Positions 1-15,335 of a DNA stretch of 64,000 nt are shown in pieces. This DNA is from Eledone cirrhosa (taxonomy: Eukaryota). Location: positions 50,034,001-50,098,000 of the forward strand of contig OZ024745.1 in assembly GCA_964016885.1 (NCBI GenBank). The letters are read 5' to 3'. Within the stretch, counting starts at the first letter, position 1; the number at the start of each line of letters is the position of its first letter. The position numbers were made by a program, and so were the translations under genes. A model generated the notes under the pieces. That model was not told the origin of the DNA and made no database searches. It saw only the letters and a program-made list of their open reading frames with translations.

Positions 1-3350
<3,350 letters not shown>

Positions 3351-3830
3351 AGTATTAGTTATACTATTTATGGTTATGTAAATACAAAACCTTAAGCAGT
3401 TGTAAGTATTTTACACACACCCTAAATAGTGGTAGGCAGTATTGTATTACTACCTTATTACCAGTAGGTTAAGTAGCTCAATGTAAAAACATCAGATGAT
3501 TTACAGAGCAGTTATATGAAATATAAGAATCAAAGAACTGCTTATCTTCATGTATTTTAACCTATATTTTTGATTTTTGATTGTACCTATTAATATAAAT
3601 GTAATCTCGAAGTGTGTACTGCCACTCTAAATTCTGTAATGAATGTTGACCCACAATGTTTGAATATGTATTGGTATGTCTCTCGGCTGAAAAGGAGGTC
3701 ATATAACTGTCCATGCATTAATAAATTGCTCCGAAGAATCCAAACCTCGGTTTGGAGGAAACAGCTGTAAGCACAATAATGTTTTGAACAGTTCTTTGAT
3801 TCTTATATTTCATATATTTCATATTTCATA
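3351..3830 (+). mobile_element. Penelope-like element 3'UTR/pLTR remnant
   Basis: Non-coding segment bounded by TA repeats and containing a minimal hammerhead near its 3' end, the layout of PLE pLTRs elsewhere in this window. Confidence 0.6.
3727..3773 (+). ncRNA. Type I minimal hammerhead ribozyme (U4C core variant)
   Basis: tgct-CCGAAGA-a-tccaaacc/tc/ggtttgga-g-GAAA-CAGCTG-TA-agca; stems I and II pair, helix III palindromic. Confidence 0.8.
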
Positions 3831-3848
3831 CATATATATATACATATA

Positions 3849-4590
3849 CTCTTTTACTCTTTTACCTGTTTCAGCCATCCGGCTGAGGCCATGCTGGGGC
3901 ACCGCCCTTGTTGCTACACATTTTATCTCCAGCCTGTATAAGTTGGCCACTGGTGTAGGAGGGAGTTTGTTGCTGCTGCCCTTAGGTTTCCCTCATGTCT
4001 TGCTGTGGGCTCATCCGGGATCCTGGATAACAAGGTGTCGAGATGTTTCTTAAAGACATCCACCTCCACGTCATGCAAGTCTCGCAGATGCCTCAGCAGC
4101 CTGTTGAAGAGTTGAGGGCCCTTGAATCCCAGGCTATTGCAATACCTGCTCCTGATTCTAGATGTGGAAGACGGGACCTTTGGCACCACACAGTGACGTC
4201 CTGTTCAACGGTTGGTCCAGCTCCCAATGCCAAAGTTTGGTGCTAGTCCCTCCAGGATTTTGCACATGTAGATCACTGCGTATCTCTCCCGTCTTCGCTC
4301 CAAGGAGTAGAGGTTCAGTTCCTTCAGCCTCTCCCAGTAGCTTGTCTCCCTCATCTTGGCAATCCTCTTGGTGTAGCTTCGCTGGATTGCCTCAAGCTCC
4401 GTGGTTAGTTTGACACTATGGGGTGACCACAGCTGGGAGCAGTAGTCCAGGCGGCTTAGGACAAAAGTCCTCCACAGTGTCAACATGGTGTCTCGATCTC
4501 TTGTAAGGAAAGTCCTCAAGATCCAGCCAGCGAATCGTCTACATGCTGTCGCCACCTTCATGATGTGTGAAGAAAAAGATGCATCATCGC
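3849..4590 (-). mobile_element. CR1/L2-group LINE 3' fragment with stem-loop and (TAAAAGAG)n tail
   Basis: Translation [42 protein letters not shown], then SLGFKGPQLFN: typical post-RT region of CR1/L2-group ORF2; tandem-repeat tail at about 3849-3870. Confidence 0.85.
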
Positions 4591-4782
4591 TCATATATAT
4601 ATATACATATATATATACATATATATACATATACATATATATATACATATATATATATATACATATATACATATATATATACATATATATATATATATAC
4701 ATATATATATACATATATATATATATACATATATACATATATATATACATATATACATATATATATACATATACATATATAT

Positions 4783-4815
<33 letters not shown>

Positions 4816-4820
4816 TATAT

Positions 4821-6455
4821 CTTCGTTTAACCTTCTAGTATTGATATTTTTTATGTGTTGTTCAAGGTTTAACGCTGTAGAGTATGACAGTCTTATAGTG
4901 GTAGGGTTTAGGATTTTGTGGCATTTGTGTGATGTAGGAAAATGTCTCTTAAAGAAGAGTACTGGTAAATTTGTACTGATGGAACTATTGTATTCGGGGT
5001 TATACCATAAGTACTCTTTGCATCGCTTTCTATTAGTTTTGTTTGTTGGTTTACTGGTGTGCATACTATGGTAGTAAGTGTGGTTTGGTGTTGTGTTATT
5101 ATATCTACCTATGTGGGATTTATTTTGGGTGTTTTGATTGTTCCCATCTATATACCCTATTTTGTTGAGGTAGCCTGCTTTACTAAGGGCGTTATCGTAG
5201 TACTCGGCGTGTTCCTTAAATACTTGTATGTTAGAAGATAGACCCGAAATTCTAAGGGAAATATTTTTAGGGATAGATTTAATTATAGAGATGGGGTGGT
5301 TAGACCCAACATTTACGTATTTGAGATTTTCATTCAATTTATGAAACGGTTTAATCAGACCAGAGTTTAAATTGAGTGTGACATCCAGGAAGTTAACTAC
5401 TTTAAGGTTGTATTCATATGTTATAGTTAGTCCTATTTCGAGTAGTAGTTTTCTTATATCTTTGCGTAGTTTTTCTAGTTTTTGGTTATTTAGGTTTTTA
5501 ACTAGGAGGAGAACATCGTTGTGGTATATTCCGCCGTGGAGATTGCTGAATTTTTCCTGGAGTCTAAAGGCGATAAATAACCCCACAATATCAGTTATTT
5601 CTGCCGAATCGTTAGAGCCCATTGTTATGTCAAAGTTAGAGGGTCTATCTTTACGTACCCAATAACTGTTCTCAAATTTGACTATAGTTTTCCTAGCTTC
5701 TAATATAATCTTAATTTCATCGTTTGTAAGATCAGAGTTATCCTTAGCAAACTTAATGGCTCTATTCAAAGTTTCAGGTGATATCGATGAGTAATATTCA
5801 TCGATATCAAACTGGATAAACTTAGATTTATTCTTATTGCTAATGCTATTAAACCATCTTATTGCTTCTTGGGTCTTCCCCCAGAGTTTAATGTTAACCT
5901 TAGCCTTAATTTGGGGGATGATTCTATCTAAGATATATTTGCTTATTTTACCTATATCTGATTTAGAGGGGCAGATTAATCTAATTTTAGGGTCATTATC
6001 AAAGTTTACCTTATGGTCCTTAAGATTGAAGGTGGGTACCGCCGGTAAGAGTGGTCCTGTCCTATCTTCGATTCCGAGATTTTTCACTATTTCGCATGCC
6101 TCATCATTGATGTGCTTAAGAGTTACTTCATTCGTTTTTCTATATTTTTCATGTAATTCTTTTCGAATGAAGTTGTTGTATGTAGTGCAATCCATAGTAT
6201 ACAGGTTTGATGTTTTGTCCGCTTTTACTACAATTCCTTTGGTGTTTTTAAGGTCGTCCAGTAGTTTTTTAATATCTTTCTGTAATTTGTTGTTGGTGTT
6301 ACGTCCTTTGAATTTAATTTTAAGGATTAAATTCATAAGGTCCTGCTCAAATGCATCTAATAGTGGGCTGGTGGGTGGGTTTTTACACGTTCTAAAACCG
6401 AATTTGTTGTTTACACCACTTTCTAATGTTGAATTCATACGGCTTCTATCATAGT
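4821..6455 (-). pseudogene. Naiad-type PLE reverse transcriptase, truncated at both ends
   Basis: [51 protein letters not shown] (YRDD degenerate), [17 protein letters not shown]; breaks into a TA array before the GIY-YIG domain. Confidence 0.9.
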
Positions 6456-6461
6456 GGAGCG

Positions 6462-6580
6462 TTTTCTGATGAAATGACAGTAAATAATAACATTGAAATA
6501 TTGAATGTCTGCATAACTAATACTTTGTAGATAGCAGCTGTTTTCAGGTTATGTAACTGTTATAGAAACACGTGTCAATA
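6462..6580 (+). ncRNA. Hammerhead ribozyme with extended stem II, in a pLTR inverted relative to the adjacent PLE ORF
   Basis: CTGATGA 6466-6472; stem II atgacagt/actgttat; GAAA-CACGTG-TC 6565-6576; pLTR continues to about 6735. Confidence 0.8.
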
Positions 6581-7148
6581 AATTCCTTTCAACTAAACTG
6601 TATCCATTCAAATCTTTCTATTTTTCTCCGGATTACTTTTGGAACTACAACTGGAACCGTCGAGCAAACTCTACGTGAGCTGTCAATCTACTGTGTGTAA
6701 TATTTATATTACAACACAACGGAAAATACTGTATATATATATATATATACATATATATTGCATGCCTCGGTCTGTCGGCTTCTGCTGCTGTCGTAATTGT
6801 TGCCATTGTTGTTGATGTCCATTGTTCCTGCTGTGTTTACTTTTAGCTCTTGCTATGGTGCACAACCATTGTCACCACCTGTGCTCATGTCTACCTTTGA
6901 TGCTTACCTTCATTCTATTCCGCATTGTTCCAGCATGAACTGTCATCATGCCGAGACATGTGGCATACACCGACCATTCAAAACGATGCTTACTGAACAC
7001 ACACACATACACACAGGCACACACACACACATATACACACAAGCATATACACACACACACAGATACATAAATATGTGTAGATGGATGTATGGATGTTTGT
7101 ATGCATATATATATTAATACACACACACACAGACGCGCACACACACAC

Positions 7149-7210
<62 letters not shown>

Positions 7211-7213
<3 letters not shown>

Positions 7214-7347
7214 CGAAGGAAATGTGGTAAGGAACCAGATGGACCATAACGCACCAAAGTACTCAATACTTAGGGTAGTAGAGTGGGTAATAGGAACAGG
7301 TAAGACCCCGACGGCTTGAGCTCAGCCGTCAGGGTCTTACTTGTTCT
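7211..7347 (-). mobile_element. Terminal fragment of a repeat family with a fold-back end (second copy at 45966-46170)
   Basis: Near-identical to the reverse complement of 46055-46170; ends in the hairpin gtaagaccccgacggct/agccgtcagggtcttac; flanked by TA. Strand is assumed from the PLE-like layout. Confidence 0.6.
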
Positions 7348-7374
7348 TATATATATATATATATATATATATAT

Positions 7375-7703
7375 GTAGATAAATCTACCAAAAGTTTACG
7401 GTAGTGTCCAATCCGTATGAAGAACTCAATGTAATCCGGATATCATGAAAAGAGAAGATGCATTCAAAAACTACTTTCGGTGAAAAATAAACAGAAAACA
7501 GAGTTAAGATAAATTATTAAAAAAATAATGAATAAACAAAGAAACAATTCCTTATATTAAAAAAATTCATCATTTTACGATCGTTTCTAGGATATATATG
7601 TGTTAGAATTGGTATGCATATTCTATAGATCTATGTACAATATTTATACAAACGATCAGAGGGAATATACATACCTACACATATATGTCCTGTCTTCAGA
7701 AAT
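7375..7703 (-). mobile_element. PLE pLTR remnant with hammerhead (7572-7703)
   Basis: Minus strand reads CTGAAGA-long stem II-GAAA-CGATCG-TA; same family as 13353-13535 on +. Confidence 0.8.
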
Positions 7704-8219
7704 ATATATATATATATAGGGAGTGTAACATGAAGTTACTGTAGGTTCATCCAGGTGAGCACTCGATGTTTAGGTTCACATCAGTAGCAAGGTGTAGCGC
7801 TAGACAGAGTGTCATATCATAATACAAGGACGATTTGTTAAGCCTTCATTGCGTTTATTGATTAATGACGCCCGTTTCGCTATTGATCAAGTCATGGTTC
7901 GATCTGTATCGATCTGGCCCGAGTCTGTTGTTGTAATGACAGAATGAACATTCTGTCATTAGAAGGTGGTGGTGGTTGTGGTAGTGTGGTGTTGTTTATT
8001 TTTTACTAAAACTCTGTGGTTGTGTGTCTGTGATTTAATACAGCCAAACCGGCGCATAATGGGAACATACTTTGAAAGGAAGTTGCACCTGAAATGGGAA
8101 TACAATTGGAAATAAACAAGCTTCGCATAAATCCGAGCACGTGGTTGTGTGTGAGTAGATTGAAAGAGCGACATGTCTGTGTAAATTTAATTATTTAAAA
8201 ATTATTTTTAATAAGTGAA

Positions 8220-8247
8220 CGTGACCCAACGGGTCACGGGTGGTCTA

Positions 8248-8248
<1 letters not shown>
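8220..8248 (+). mobile_element. Helitron 3' terminus
   Basis: Hairpin cgtgaccc-aac-gggtcacg, 6 nt, then CTAG followed by T; 5' extent not determinable. Confidence 0.7.
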
Positions 8249-8291
<43 letters not shown>

Positions 8292-8297
<6 letters not shown>

Positions 8298-11200
8298 TAA
8301 AATAACAGATTAAAGTTTAAGCAAAGAATCGTTGCTTTCACCCTTAACGGGATCTTCTGAAACTAAAAAGTCAATCTGTGAACGACGAAGTAAATATTTC
8401 AAAAAAGGTTGCAGCCGAAGGAAGACAGGAAGACGATACTTTGGTTCGTGGAAACGTTCCCTGGCAAAGAACGGAAAAAAACGAAGATAATACATCACTA
8501 TTAGGTGGAGTGAAAACAATTACGCGCAAAGACAAAACCACGTTTATGGTATAAATGAAGTCGTAGACTAATATTCTATTAGATGGTTCATGGAGACGTT
8601 CTCATACATACATGCATCCATATACGTACATACACAAGCATACGCGAAAACACTCGCCATTGGTATGCAAATACAAGCACGTACACAAAAAACACGCACG
8701 CACATACAGAACCCACGCAACGCCAGTACCCGCACACATACGAACATATACACCAAATACACATAAAAATATATATAAAAATATATATATATATACATAT
8801 ATGTGTATGTGCGTGTATACATATAAGTAAATAAACGTATATAAATATACACACATAAATACGTATATAACGCGCGCACACACACACCTACATGTAAATA
8901 CACATGTTCGCAGACGTACGTCAACCAAAACTCAGAGTACACATATACACACACCCTACATACGTACGAACCCGCATACTCACACAGACGCAAACTCACT
9001 TATACACATAACCAAATGCACATGTACCAGTATATATAATATACGCCATAACATAAACAAGCAAATATACGTACGAGAAAGTATACGGACCTTCACAAAA
9101 CATACAGGTAATATATACTTACCTATACAAATAAGTAATGGTATAAACATAACATATACTTAGCTACCACACCAAGACGTAAAATATCCGCGTATAGTTC
9201 GTACTATCCGTTAGGGTATAATGTGGGTTGTAATACAGGAAAGTATTGTGCAATTTATGTTTACAAGCCGAAATTGCCTCAGATTTTTGTTTAAGATGTG
9301 GTCTTTGGCGTAGAGTATTTCCAGGGCCTCAGCGGCACAGAGGTCACATGGTCTTTTATTTCCATTATACGATATAGCCATAGCTAGGATCTCCCAGTGT
9401 AACTTATATTGGGTGTGGTTGTCTTTTAGACTCCAGATATAAGCTGAAAGTGACGTCATATTCCTTCTTAGAGGGTAACGAAAAGAATGGGTATGCATGT
9501 AAAGACGCTGCTTGAAACTATTGGCGGTTAACCTTATGTAGGCCCTACGGGACGTGGGTGTTACAACCTTACATTTGTAGACAATGTTACTAGAGAGGCA
9601 TTTCCCGGATAGGGGACAATCAGCCCGATTCCTACAATTACAGTTAGTACTAACTACAGGGTTGCACGTGTTCCTAGGGCTAGGTAGTTTAGCTAAATTT
9701 GAAGCTGTGATGTTATGTGCAAGTTTAGGAGTCGTAGAGTAAGAAATTTTAATAGTATTTCTATTAAAAATGTTACTATATTTATGTGTAGGGGGAAAAT
9801 GCTTCATAATAAGGGAAAGAAAGATCTTAGCTAATGGTGTGGCCACCTCCATATTATATGGCGGGTTAAACCAACAAATGCGACGGGATCTATTTCTTCT
9901 AGGTCTATTTACGTACTCTGTATATGCTACCTTATCGACAAATCCACTTCGAGCAAGAGCTTCATTGTAATAAGTGGAATGGTCGTCGAAAATGCGCTCG
10001 TTGATGGAAAGACGGGAAAGCGTCAACGAAACATTTTTTACCAGGTTCTTGGTTATGCTGGCAGGATGGTTGGAATGCTTACTTATGTAATTAAGCGTGT
10101 CATTCGGCTTTCTATACGGGTAATACAACCCATTCAATAAATTGAGGGTAACGTCGAGGCAATTAACGACCGAGAGATTGGCCTCAACCTGTATAGAGAG
10201 GTTGAAGCCTTTAAAGAAGGCTGTGAGTTCTTTTCTGAACCTGTCGCAAGCACGAGGTCCGCACTTAGTCATGGTCAAAAGACCTTCGTCACGGTACAAA
10301 CCACCGCCCGCGTTGGGGAATTCGTCCTTGATAGAGAAAAGAAGGAAAAGGCCGATAAGATCAGTAACCTCCGCAGAGTCACTGGCGCCCATACTCACGT
10401 CGAATGGGGTACTACTGGATTTTTTAATCCAAATAGAGTCGTCGAAATTAATCACCGACTTTCGGGCATTAAGGATGACATCAACTTCGAAATCCTTAAC
10501 CACTGTGAGTGTTTTAGCGAAATTGATAGCTCTAAGGAGAAGTGGTAAAGTGATGGAGGAGTAGTAATTGTTGATGTCGAATTGGATAAAACGGCAATGT
10601 TCCTTGTTACATATGCCGTTGAACCAATCAATCACCGCGAAAGAATTGTTCCACAGTGCGAGAGGGGTCAAACTTCTAATTTCAGGTATAATTCTATCAA
10701 GAATCATTTTACTAAGTCTACCTAAATCGAACTTCGTAGGGTTAATAAGCCGAATAGAGGGGTTGTTCGGAAAATTGGATTTGTGCTCCTTCAGGGTAAA
10801 GTGGGGAGAGATAGGGTCCAGAGGTCCGGTCCAGGATGTTGAGATCAGATGTGATTTTAAACCCAGCATCGTTGATTTCATTGATGACACACCGATTAGT
10901 TGATGGTAAGTACTGCGCTCCACTTGATATAGGTTGCCAGTTTTGTCGGAATGGACGTGTACGGCGTTAGAATCCTTAATAGAACGAATTCTATTCTTCA
11001 GGTCATGCTGGAAGGAATTGCTCCTATTCCGAAATTTGATACTCCGAATGAGTTCCAAGACATCATTTTCGAAGGGTAGCAATGCTGGGTTCCACGGAGG
11101 GTTATTATAGGTTTTAAATCCAAATTTATCCTGTTTGTTGTCTGCTTTTCGCGGATTATCGAAATAAAAGGCACGCCAACGCAACCTTTTAATGAACGCG

Positions 11201-11776
11201 TCTGTTTTCTGTATCAGGAGTTTTAGGTATGTTTTCCTGCTTGATACGGGTATGTTCTTTGTAGAAATATTCAGGTGTTGTTTCTGCATGATGAATATAA
11301 GTCAGTAGAGTGCTCAACCGAAGGAGCCAAATAGTAATAATAATAAAATTGAAGACTAAAATCCAAAGAGGGCTCGATAAGGAAAATATATATCAAATAT
11401 ATAAGAACCGAAGAGCAAATATTTATTAAAATAACAGATTAAAGTTTAAGCAAAGAATCGCTGCTTTCACCCTTAACGGGATCTTCTGAAACTAACAAAG
11501 TCAATCTGTAAACGCAGAACTGGATATTTCAAAAAAACGTTGCAACCGGAGGAAGACAGGAAGACGATACGTTGGTTCGTGGAAACATTCGCTGGCAAAG
11601 AACGGGAAAAAACGAATAATACGTCATTAATAGGAGCGGTGAAAAACAATTACGCGCAAAGACAGAACCACGTTTATGGTATAAAAGAGGTCGTAGACTA
11701 ATGTTCTCTTATGCACCAACCTAAGAGAACATTAGTCTACGACCTCTTTTATACCATAAACGTGGTTCTGTCTTTG
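8292..11776 (-). mobile_element. Near full-length Naiad-type Penelope-like element with two direct pLTRs and a fold-back 5' end
   Basis: Direct repeats about 8292-8585 and 11421-11710 flank an RT+GIY-YIG ORF; 11722-11776 is an inverted copy of about 11657-11710; 3' end abuts (TA)n. Confidence 0.9.
9211..11289 (-). CDS. PLE polyprotein: RT, CNC..CPL..C linker, GIY-YIG endonuclease; probably inactivated
   Basis: STKNIP, RLRWRAFYF, DKTGNLY, FIQFDINNYYSSI, MGASDSAEVTDL, GLYRDEGL (DD to DE), WFNPPY, CNCRNRADCPLSGKC, NIVYKC..AYIRLT..FKQR, CDLC; frameshifted patch near 10800-10900 and a 1-nt loss near 9287. Confidence 0.88.
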   Translation of the reverse strand: MQKQHLNISTKNIPVSSRKTYLKLLIQKTDAFIKRLRWRAFYFDNPRKADNKQDKFGFKTYNNPPWNPALLPFENDVLELIRSIKFRNRSNSFQHDLKNRIRSIKDSNAVHVHSDKTGNLYQVERSTYHQLIGVSSMKSTMLGLKSHLISTSWTGPLDPISPHFTLKEHKSNFPNNPSIRLINPTKFDLGRLSKMILDRIIPEIRSLTPLALWNNSFAVIDWFNGICNKEHCRFIQFDINNYYSSITLPLLLRAINFAKTLTVVKDFEVDVILNARKSVINFDDSIWIKKSSSTPFDVSMGASDSAEVTDLIGLFLLFSIKDEFPNAGGGLYRDEGLLTMTKCGPRACDRFRKELTAFFKGFNLSIQVEANLSVVNCLDVTLNLLNGLYYPYRKPNDTLNYISKHSNHPASITKNLVKNVSLTLSRLSINERIFDDHSTYYNEALARSGFVDKVAYTEYVNRPRRNRSRRICWFNPPYNMEVATPLAKIFLSLIMKHFPPTHKYSNIFNRNTIKISYSTTPKLAHNITASNLAKLPSPRNTCNPVVSTNCNCRNRADCPLSGKCLSSNIVYKCKVVTPTSRRAYIRLTANSFKQRLYMHTHSFRYPLRRNMTSLSAYIWSLKDNHTQYKLHWEILAMAISYNGNKRPCDLCAAEALEILYAKDHILNKNLRQFRLVNINCTILSCITTHIIP

Positions 11777-12657
11777 GATGTGCTCAAAAGGGCCACCCCT
11801 TATCAAAATAGTAGAAATGAATGTAGATTATGTTCCCAAGAACTTTTCGAAATAATGAAATCTAAGGATATCCTATTAAATAAGCGACAGGAATTAATAA
11901 TATCGTGTAATCATAAACTGAGAAAAACCTTTAAATATTATAAACCTAATTAATATACACTTTAGAAATTAATATATAAATTATTTTTAATTTAGTTAAC
12001 CTGTAATTAATATTTCTACTACTGATGAACTACATAATTCTAATTAATATACACTTTAGAAATTAATATATAAATTATTTTTAATTTAGTTAACCTGTAA
12101 TTGATATTTCTACTACTGATGAACTACATAATTCTGCTTTAAATATTATAAACCTAATTAATATACACTTTAGAAATTAATATATAAACTATTTTTAATT
12201 TAGTTAACCTATAATAAATATTCTACTACTGATGAACTACATAATTTTGCTTTCCTTCTTACAAATATCATTTCCTAAAACTGATACCATTAAGTAAACA
12301 TATATAATGCTTTACCTTCAGGTTATGATTCTATGTTCCTTGAAAACTATATATATTTACTATTTCTCACTAATAAATTTAATCCCCCCCCCCAATAATT
12401 ATATGTATATATAAGTGTGTATGTGTGTGTGTATATATATGTGTATGCATGTGTGCATGTATGTGTGTATATATATATGTATATATGTATGTATATATGT
12501 GTATATATATATATATGTGCATATATATATATATATATGTGTGTGTATGTGTGTGTGTGTATGTGTGTATATATATGTATATATATATATATATATATAT
12601 AAGTGTATATATGTATATATATATATATATGTGTGTATGTGTATATATGTGTATATA

Positions 12658-12720
<63 letters not shown>

Positions 12721-13540
12721 TTCATATTCTTTTAATTTCCCCTTATCTTTAACAGCACTTTTTAACTGCATCTAACTCTTATTTATCATATCTATATGTA
12801 TTAGTATAATTTTATCAATATAAATATACCCATCAATTAAATGAATTTTATATTCTTTTCATAGATGTATTTTTTTCACTAACATTCTTATCTTAAAACT
12901 TTGGTCACCTTAGATATTTGTATTGGCATTACTATTTTATAACAGCAACTGCTTGTATACCTTTTACTAACCACCTGATCTATTTTCACCCCTAAAATAA
13001 GCTTCAATTACTACTATTTTACCATTTGGCCAATTATTAACTTTCTATTGGTTAATTCTAAACCTCATACCAAACAGACAGAATATATTAGATCTTTGTT
13101 GGTTTTATTCAATGAACAAATAAAATTATTTCTGAGGTCAGCATAAGACCTATTTCTTCCCTAAAATAATCCTTCATTCATAATATTCTTTTCCATCCAA
13201 AACTGAAATTTACCTTCCTCTACCCATAATTTAAGGTTCTTCTAATACTATATTACTATCTTGACCCTCACTATCTCCTGATTGGTCAATTCAAAACCTG
13301 TTCCCAAACAGACCTATTGTATTGAATCTTTGTTATTTTCAATAAACAAATATCATTATTTCTGAAGACAGCATATATATGTGTAGGTATGTATATTCCC
13401 TCTGATAGTTTGTATAAATATTGTACATAGATCTATAGAATATGCATACCAACTCTAACACATATATATCCTAGAAACGATCGTAAAATGATGAATTTTT
13501 TTTAATATAAGGAACTGTTTCTTTGTTTATTCATTATTAT
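11777..13540 (+). mobile_element. Naiad-type PLE 3' fragment: GIY-YIG C-terminus plus long 3'UTR/pLTR
   Basis: KRATPYQNSRNECRLCSQELFEI..LLNKRQELIISCNHK ending at 11953; three about 100-bp tandem repeats at 11925-12245; HHR at its 3' end. Confidence 0.8.
13353..13494 (+). ncRNA. Hammerhead ribozyme with about 100-nt stem II insertion
   Basis: tcattattt-CTGAAGA...GAAA-CGATCG-TA-aaatgatga; 9-bp stem I. Confidence 0.85.
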
Positions 13541-13586
13541 ATTAATTTATATATATATATACATATATATATACATATATATATAC

Positions 13587-13643
<57 letters not shown>

Positions 13644-13685
13644 TATACATGTATATATACACATATATATACATATACATATATA

Positions 13686-13910
13686 TGTTGTAGCTCTGGT
13701 TCATCTGAATCATTGAGCGTTTGCCACACATCTCGGAAGTTGTTTTTCGTTAATGCCTAAGCCGAAATACGATTTTCGCTAATTTATATTTATGTGTCGC
13801 GTCGGTGAACTTCGCCTCGCTTCGCGTATACAAGCCGTCTTGCCGCTATCTACTATCTCAACATTACATCTATATTATTCTATGTAGAAATGCCACACCT
13901 TTATAATACA
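13686..13910. mobile_element. Possible solo LTR
   Basis: About 225-bp unique segment starting TGTTGTAG and ending TAATACA (TG..CA with weak inverted termini); no clear TSD. Confidence 0.3.
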
Positions 13911-14299
13911 ATGTTGAAATCCAGCATAGTTTACTTATAACAAACGAGAATACATCACGCATCTGTATGCTGTTTCTTTTTTCATAAGTGGTTGTATGTA
14001 TAATCCCGTGCGTGCATATATGTATGTATTATTGTGTTATTTTACTTTATGTAAACCCTTGTGGTTAATTATTGTGTTAATTATTACTTCACTATTATTA
14101 TTATTATTATTATTATTTTACTTTTCTACTTTTTATCTTTTTTATCAGTAATTCTATTGGGATATATACAGGTATATTATATGTTTATATGCGTGTATAT
14201 ATTTATATGTGTAGATATGTATATATATGTATATATATATATGTATATATATGTATATATATATATATGTATATATATATAGATATAGATAGGTAAATA

Positions 14300-14577
14300 T
14301 ACACGGGTGTCACGGTCCTTCGCCATCTCTGTGAGCTTCAGCGATCTGAGGCCTGCTCTCACCACCTCCGCCCATGTTTTTCGTGGTCTACCTCTACTGC
14401 GTTTTCCTTCTACTGGGACTTCTTGGCACTTCTTTACCCGGCTGTCATCCTCCATGTGAATCACATGTCCATACCATCTCAGCTTTCTCTCCTGCACACC
14501 ACAACTTATCCCTCTTATACCCAGTTTCTTTCTCAACTCATCTATGCTTGGTCGTTCACGCACATTGACATTACACA
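14300..14577 (-). mobile_element. RTE (BovB-like) LINE 3' fragment
   Basis: [40 protein letters not shown], the RTE C-terminal signature. Confidence 0.85.
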
Positions 14578-15335
14578 TATACATATATATATACACGTAT
14601 ATATACATATATACACGTATATATACATATATATACATAAATACATATACACGTATATATATATATAAATATATATACACGTATATATACATATAGATAT
14701 ATATACATGTATATATACATATAGATATATATACATGTATATATACATATATATACATATATATATATACACACGTATATATACATATATACACGTATAT
14801 ATACATATATATACATAAATACATATACACGTATATATACATATATACACGTATATATATATATAAATATATATACACGTATATATACATATATATACAT
14901 ATAGATATATATACATGTATATATACATATATATATATATACACGTATATATACATATATACACGTATATATACATATATATACATAAATACATATACAC
15001 GTATATATATATATAAATATATATACACGTATATATACATATATATATATATACATATAGATATATATACATGTATATATACATATATATACATATACAC
15101 GTATATATACATATATACACGTATATATACATATATACACGTATATATACATATATATACATAAATACATATACACGTATATATACATATATACACGTAT
15201 ATATATATATAAATATATATACACGTATATATACATATATATATATATACATATAGATATATATACATGTATATATACATATATATACATATATATATAT
15301 ATACACGTATATATACATATATATATATATAATAT

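Noticed and set aside
9211-11289. Selenocysteine (UGA) recoding reported for some Naiad elements
   Set aside because: Cys motifs in the visible ORFs are ordinary Cys codons; no in-frame UGA or recognisable SECIS seen.
11925-12245. Three about 100-bp repeats each containing CTGATGA; possible CRISPR or HHR array
   Set aside because: No unique spacers and no matching GAAA/NUH half; tandem duplication in a PLE 3'UTR.
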